This document shows, piece by piece, positions 62,214 through 64,000 of a stretch of DNA of 64,000 bases. This stretch comes from Candidatus Latescibacterota bacterium (lineage in GTDB: Bacteria > Latescibacterota > UBA2968 > UBA8231): the NCBI GenBank assembly GCA_965242865.1, contig CBDETK010000013.1, forward strand, positions 1,888,001 to 1,952,000. The letters are read 5' to 3'. The notes beneath the pieces are model-generated. The model had not been told where the DNA came from and did not search any database. It saw only the letters and a program-made list of their open reading frames with translations. The translations under genes and the position numbers were made by a program. Each line of letters begins with the position of its first letter. Within the stretch, counting starts at the first letter, position 1.

Positions 62214-64000
62214 ATGACCATTGAGACCCGTTTCGACATCCCGCTGGTTGCGGCCCTCGCCCTCCGAGAAAAGCAAATTCAGCAGCATTACCGTCCCATT
62301 ATCGCCGTTCACAAGTGGTTTGCCCGGAGGCCGGGGACGCTTTTTCGTGCGCTGGCCTTAGCCGAATTTGGCGATGCCCCCCTCGCGGACCTGTTCTTTG
62401 CCGCCAACGAATTTCGCGGTCGGAAGGTAGCCGATCCCTTCATGGGCGGTGGCACCCCGCTCATTGAGGCCAACCGCGTCGGCTGCGATGTAACCGGCTT
62501 TGATATCAACCCCATGGCTTGGTGGATTGTCCGCGAAGCGATCGAGCATATTGACCTAGCCGTTTACGAGCGCACCGTCAGCGAGTTGATCGCCGCGCTC
62601 CACTCTGAGGTCGGTCCCCTCTACCGCACCGACTGCCCTATATACGGCGACGAGAACGTTCCCGTAAAATACTTCCTCTGGGTCAAGGTGCTCAACTGTG
62701 CGGCGTGCGGCACTCAGTTTGATCTTTTCCCCGGATACCTGCTCTCCGAGGACGCACGCCACCCGAAAAACGTTCTGGTCTGCGCCGATTGTGGTGAACT
62801 AAACGAAGTGGCCGACCGCAAAGCTCCCGGACGTTGCCAGAGTTGTCGCGTCGCGCTGCGCTTGCAAGGTCCGGCGAGCCGCAGCCGTTGCGCCTGTCCG
62901 CACTGTGGTTGCGTCAATAGCTATCCGCGTGGGGCGTGTGGGCCGCCCCAGCACCGCCTATTTGCCATCGAGTACTACAACCCAGAGCATAAGGCAACGC
63001 ACAAAGGTCGGTTTTTCAAAAAACCAGACGCCAAGGATCTCGCCCATGTCCAAGCGGCTGAGAATCGCTGGCATGACCAAGCGGCGCAGTTTGCCCCAAC
63101 TCGAGAAATTCTCCCCGGCGATGAAACAAACCGCCTGCACCGCTGGGGCTACACCCAGTACCGACAGATGTTCAATGCGCGGCAACTCCTCGGGCTAGAA
63201 CTAAGCGGTCGCCTCATAGCTGAGATCGGCGACGAGCGCGTCCGCCGCGCTTTGGCGACCAATTTTTCAGACCTGTTGCGCTATCAGAACATGCTCTGTC
63301 GCTACAACACTTGGGCACTCAAATCTCTCGACATCTTCTCGGTGCATGGGTTCCCGGTGGGCTTAATACAGTGCGAGTCCAACTTGTTTGGGATCCGCAA
63401 TGGCAAAGGAGCGAACATCGGCTCCGGCGGCTGGCACAACATCGCCGCCAAGTACGCGAAGGCCAAGCGGTACTGCGACGAGCCGTTTGAGATCTACCGC
63501 AACGGGACCCGCAAATACGTCGTGCCCGTCAAAGGCGAGTGGATCGGCGAGCACCGCATCGGCAAACGCCGGCGCAACGTCACTGTTCGCTGCGCGAGCG
63601 CCACGGCCGAATCGCTCGCGCCGGACACCCTCGACGCCGTATTTACCGACCCGCCGTACTTCGGCAACGTCCAGTACGGGGAATTGATGGATTTCTGCTA
63701 TGCGTGGTTGCACCGCCTCATCGGGGATCGGGCCGCAGGCTTCCACCGTACTTCTACCCGCTCGCCTCTTGAATTGACCGGCAACGCAACCCAAGACCGG
63801 GGCCTCGAACAATTTGCCGCTGGCCTCTCCGAGGTCTATCAACGGATGGCCCGCGCCCTGAAACCGGGTGCCCCCCTCGTCTTTACCTATCACCACAACA
63901 AAATAGGGGTGTACCATGCGGCTGGCGTCGCCATTCTCGACGCCGGGCTAACCTGTTCGGCCTCCCTCTCCTGCCCTGCGGAAATGGCTGGTTCCATCCA
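62214..64000 (+). CDS. DUF1156-type adenine DNA methyltransferase with Zn ribbon (runs off window end)
   Basis: Manual translation MTIETRFDIP...HKWFARRPG, DPFMGGGT (motif I), several CxxC, in-frame TDPPYFGNVQY (motif IV) near 63645; absent from the ORF track because there is no stop. Confidence 0.88.
   Translation, partial: MTIETRFDIPLVAALALREKQIQQHYRPIIAVHKWFARRPGTLFRALALAEFGDAPLADLFFAANEFRGRKVADPFMGGGTPLIEANRVGCDVTGFDINPMAWWIVREAIEHIDLAVYERTVSELIAALHSEVGPLYRTDCPIYGDENVPVKYFLWVKVLNCAACGTQFDLFPGYLLSEDARHPKNVLVCADCGELNEVADRKAPGRCQSCRVALRLQGPASRSRCACPHCGCVNSYPRGACGPPQHRLFAIEYYNPEHKATHKGRFFKKPDAKDLAHVQAAENRWHDQAAQFAPTREILPGDETNRLHRWGYTQYRQMFNARQLLGLELSGRLIAEIGDERVRRALATNFSDLLRYQNMLCRYNTWALKSLDIFSVHGFPVGLIQCESNLFGIRNGKGANIGSGGWHNIAAKYAKAKRYCDEPFEIYRNGTRKYVVPVKGEWIGEHRIGKRRRNVTVRCASATAESLAPDTLDAVFTDPPYFGNVQYGELMDFCYAWLHRLIGDRAAGFHRTSTRSPLELTGNATQDRGLEQFAAGLSEVYQRMARALKPGAPLVFTYHHNKIGVYHAAGVAILDAGLTCSASLSCPAEMAGSI

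Overview
GC-rich bacterial chromosome segment. The C-terminal T9SS/FlgD-type sorting domain and the LRR/YWTD eukaryote-like lipoproteins suggest an FCB-superphylum lineage such as Latescibacterota, possibly host-associated; this is inference only. 1-26.7 kb (minus strand) is the core translation/transcription supercluster: greA, tRNA-Gly/Thr, rpmG, tRNA-Trp, secE-nusG-rplKAJL-rpoBC, str, S10, spc, secY-rpmJ-rpsM. rplC is missing from the S10 operon and sits alone about 50 kb away. 26.9-33.0 kb is an sbcD-sbcC-ygfZ operon ending in a DinB homologue that lacks the fingers domain and catalytic residues but keeps a beta-clamp motif. 33-56 kb is an accessory region. It holds a 2.44-kb transposase-less cassette (20-bp perfect terminal inverted repeats, TAA duplication) carrying an LRR+YWTD lipoprotein gene, a frameshifted paralogue, two MITE families, REP-like palindromes, and a palindrome plus poly-C motif upstream of three surface-protein genes. 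It also has sugar-acid metabolism genes and several gene scars (HsdR, MazF, AAA ATPase, SGNH). 56-64 kb has MFS-HEAT, GT2, HIT, rplC, GT9, pcm and the start of a DUF1156-type DNA methyltransferase. All assignments come from motif recognition by eye; no database searches were run.
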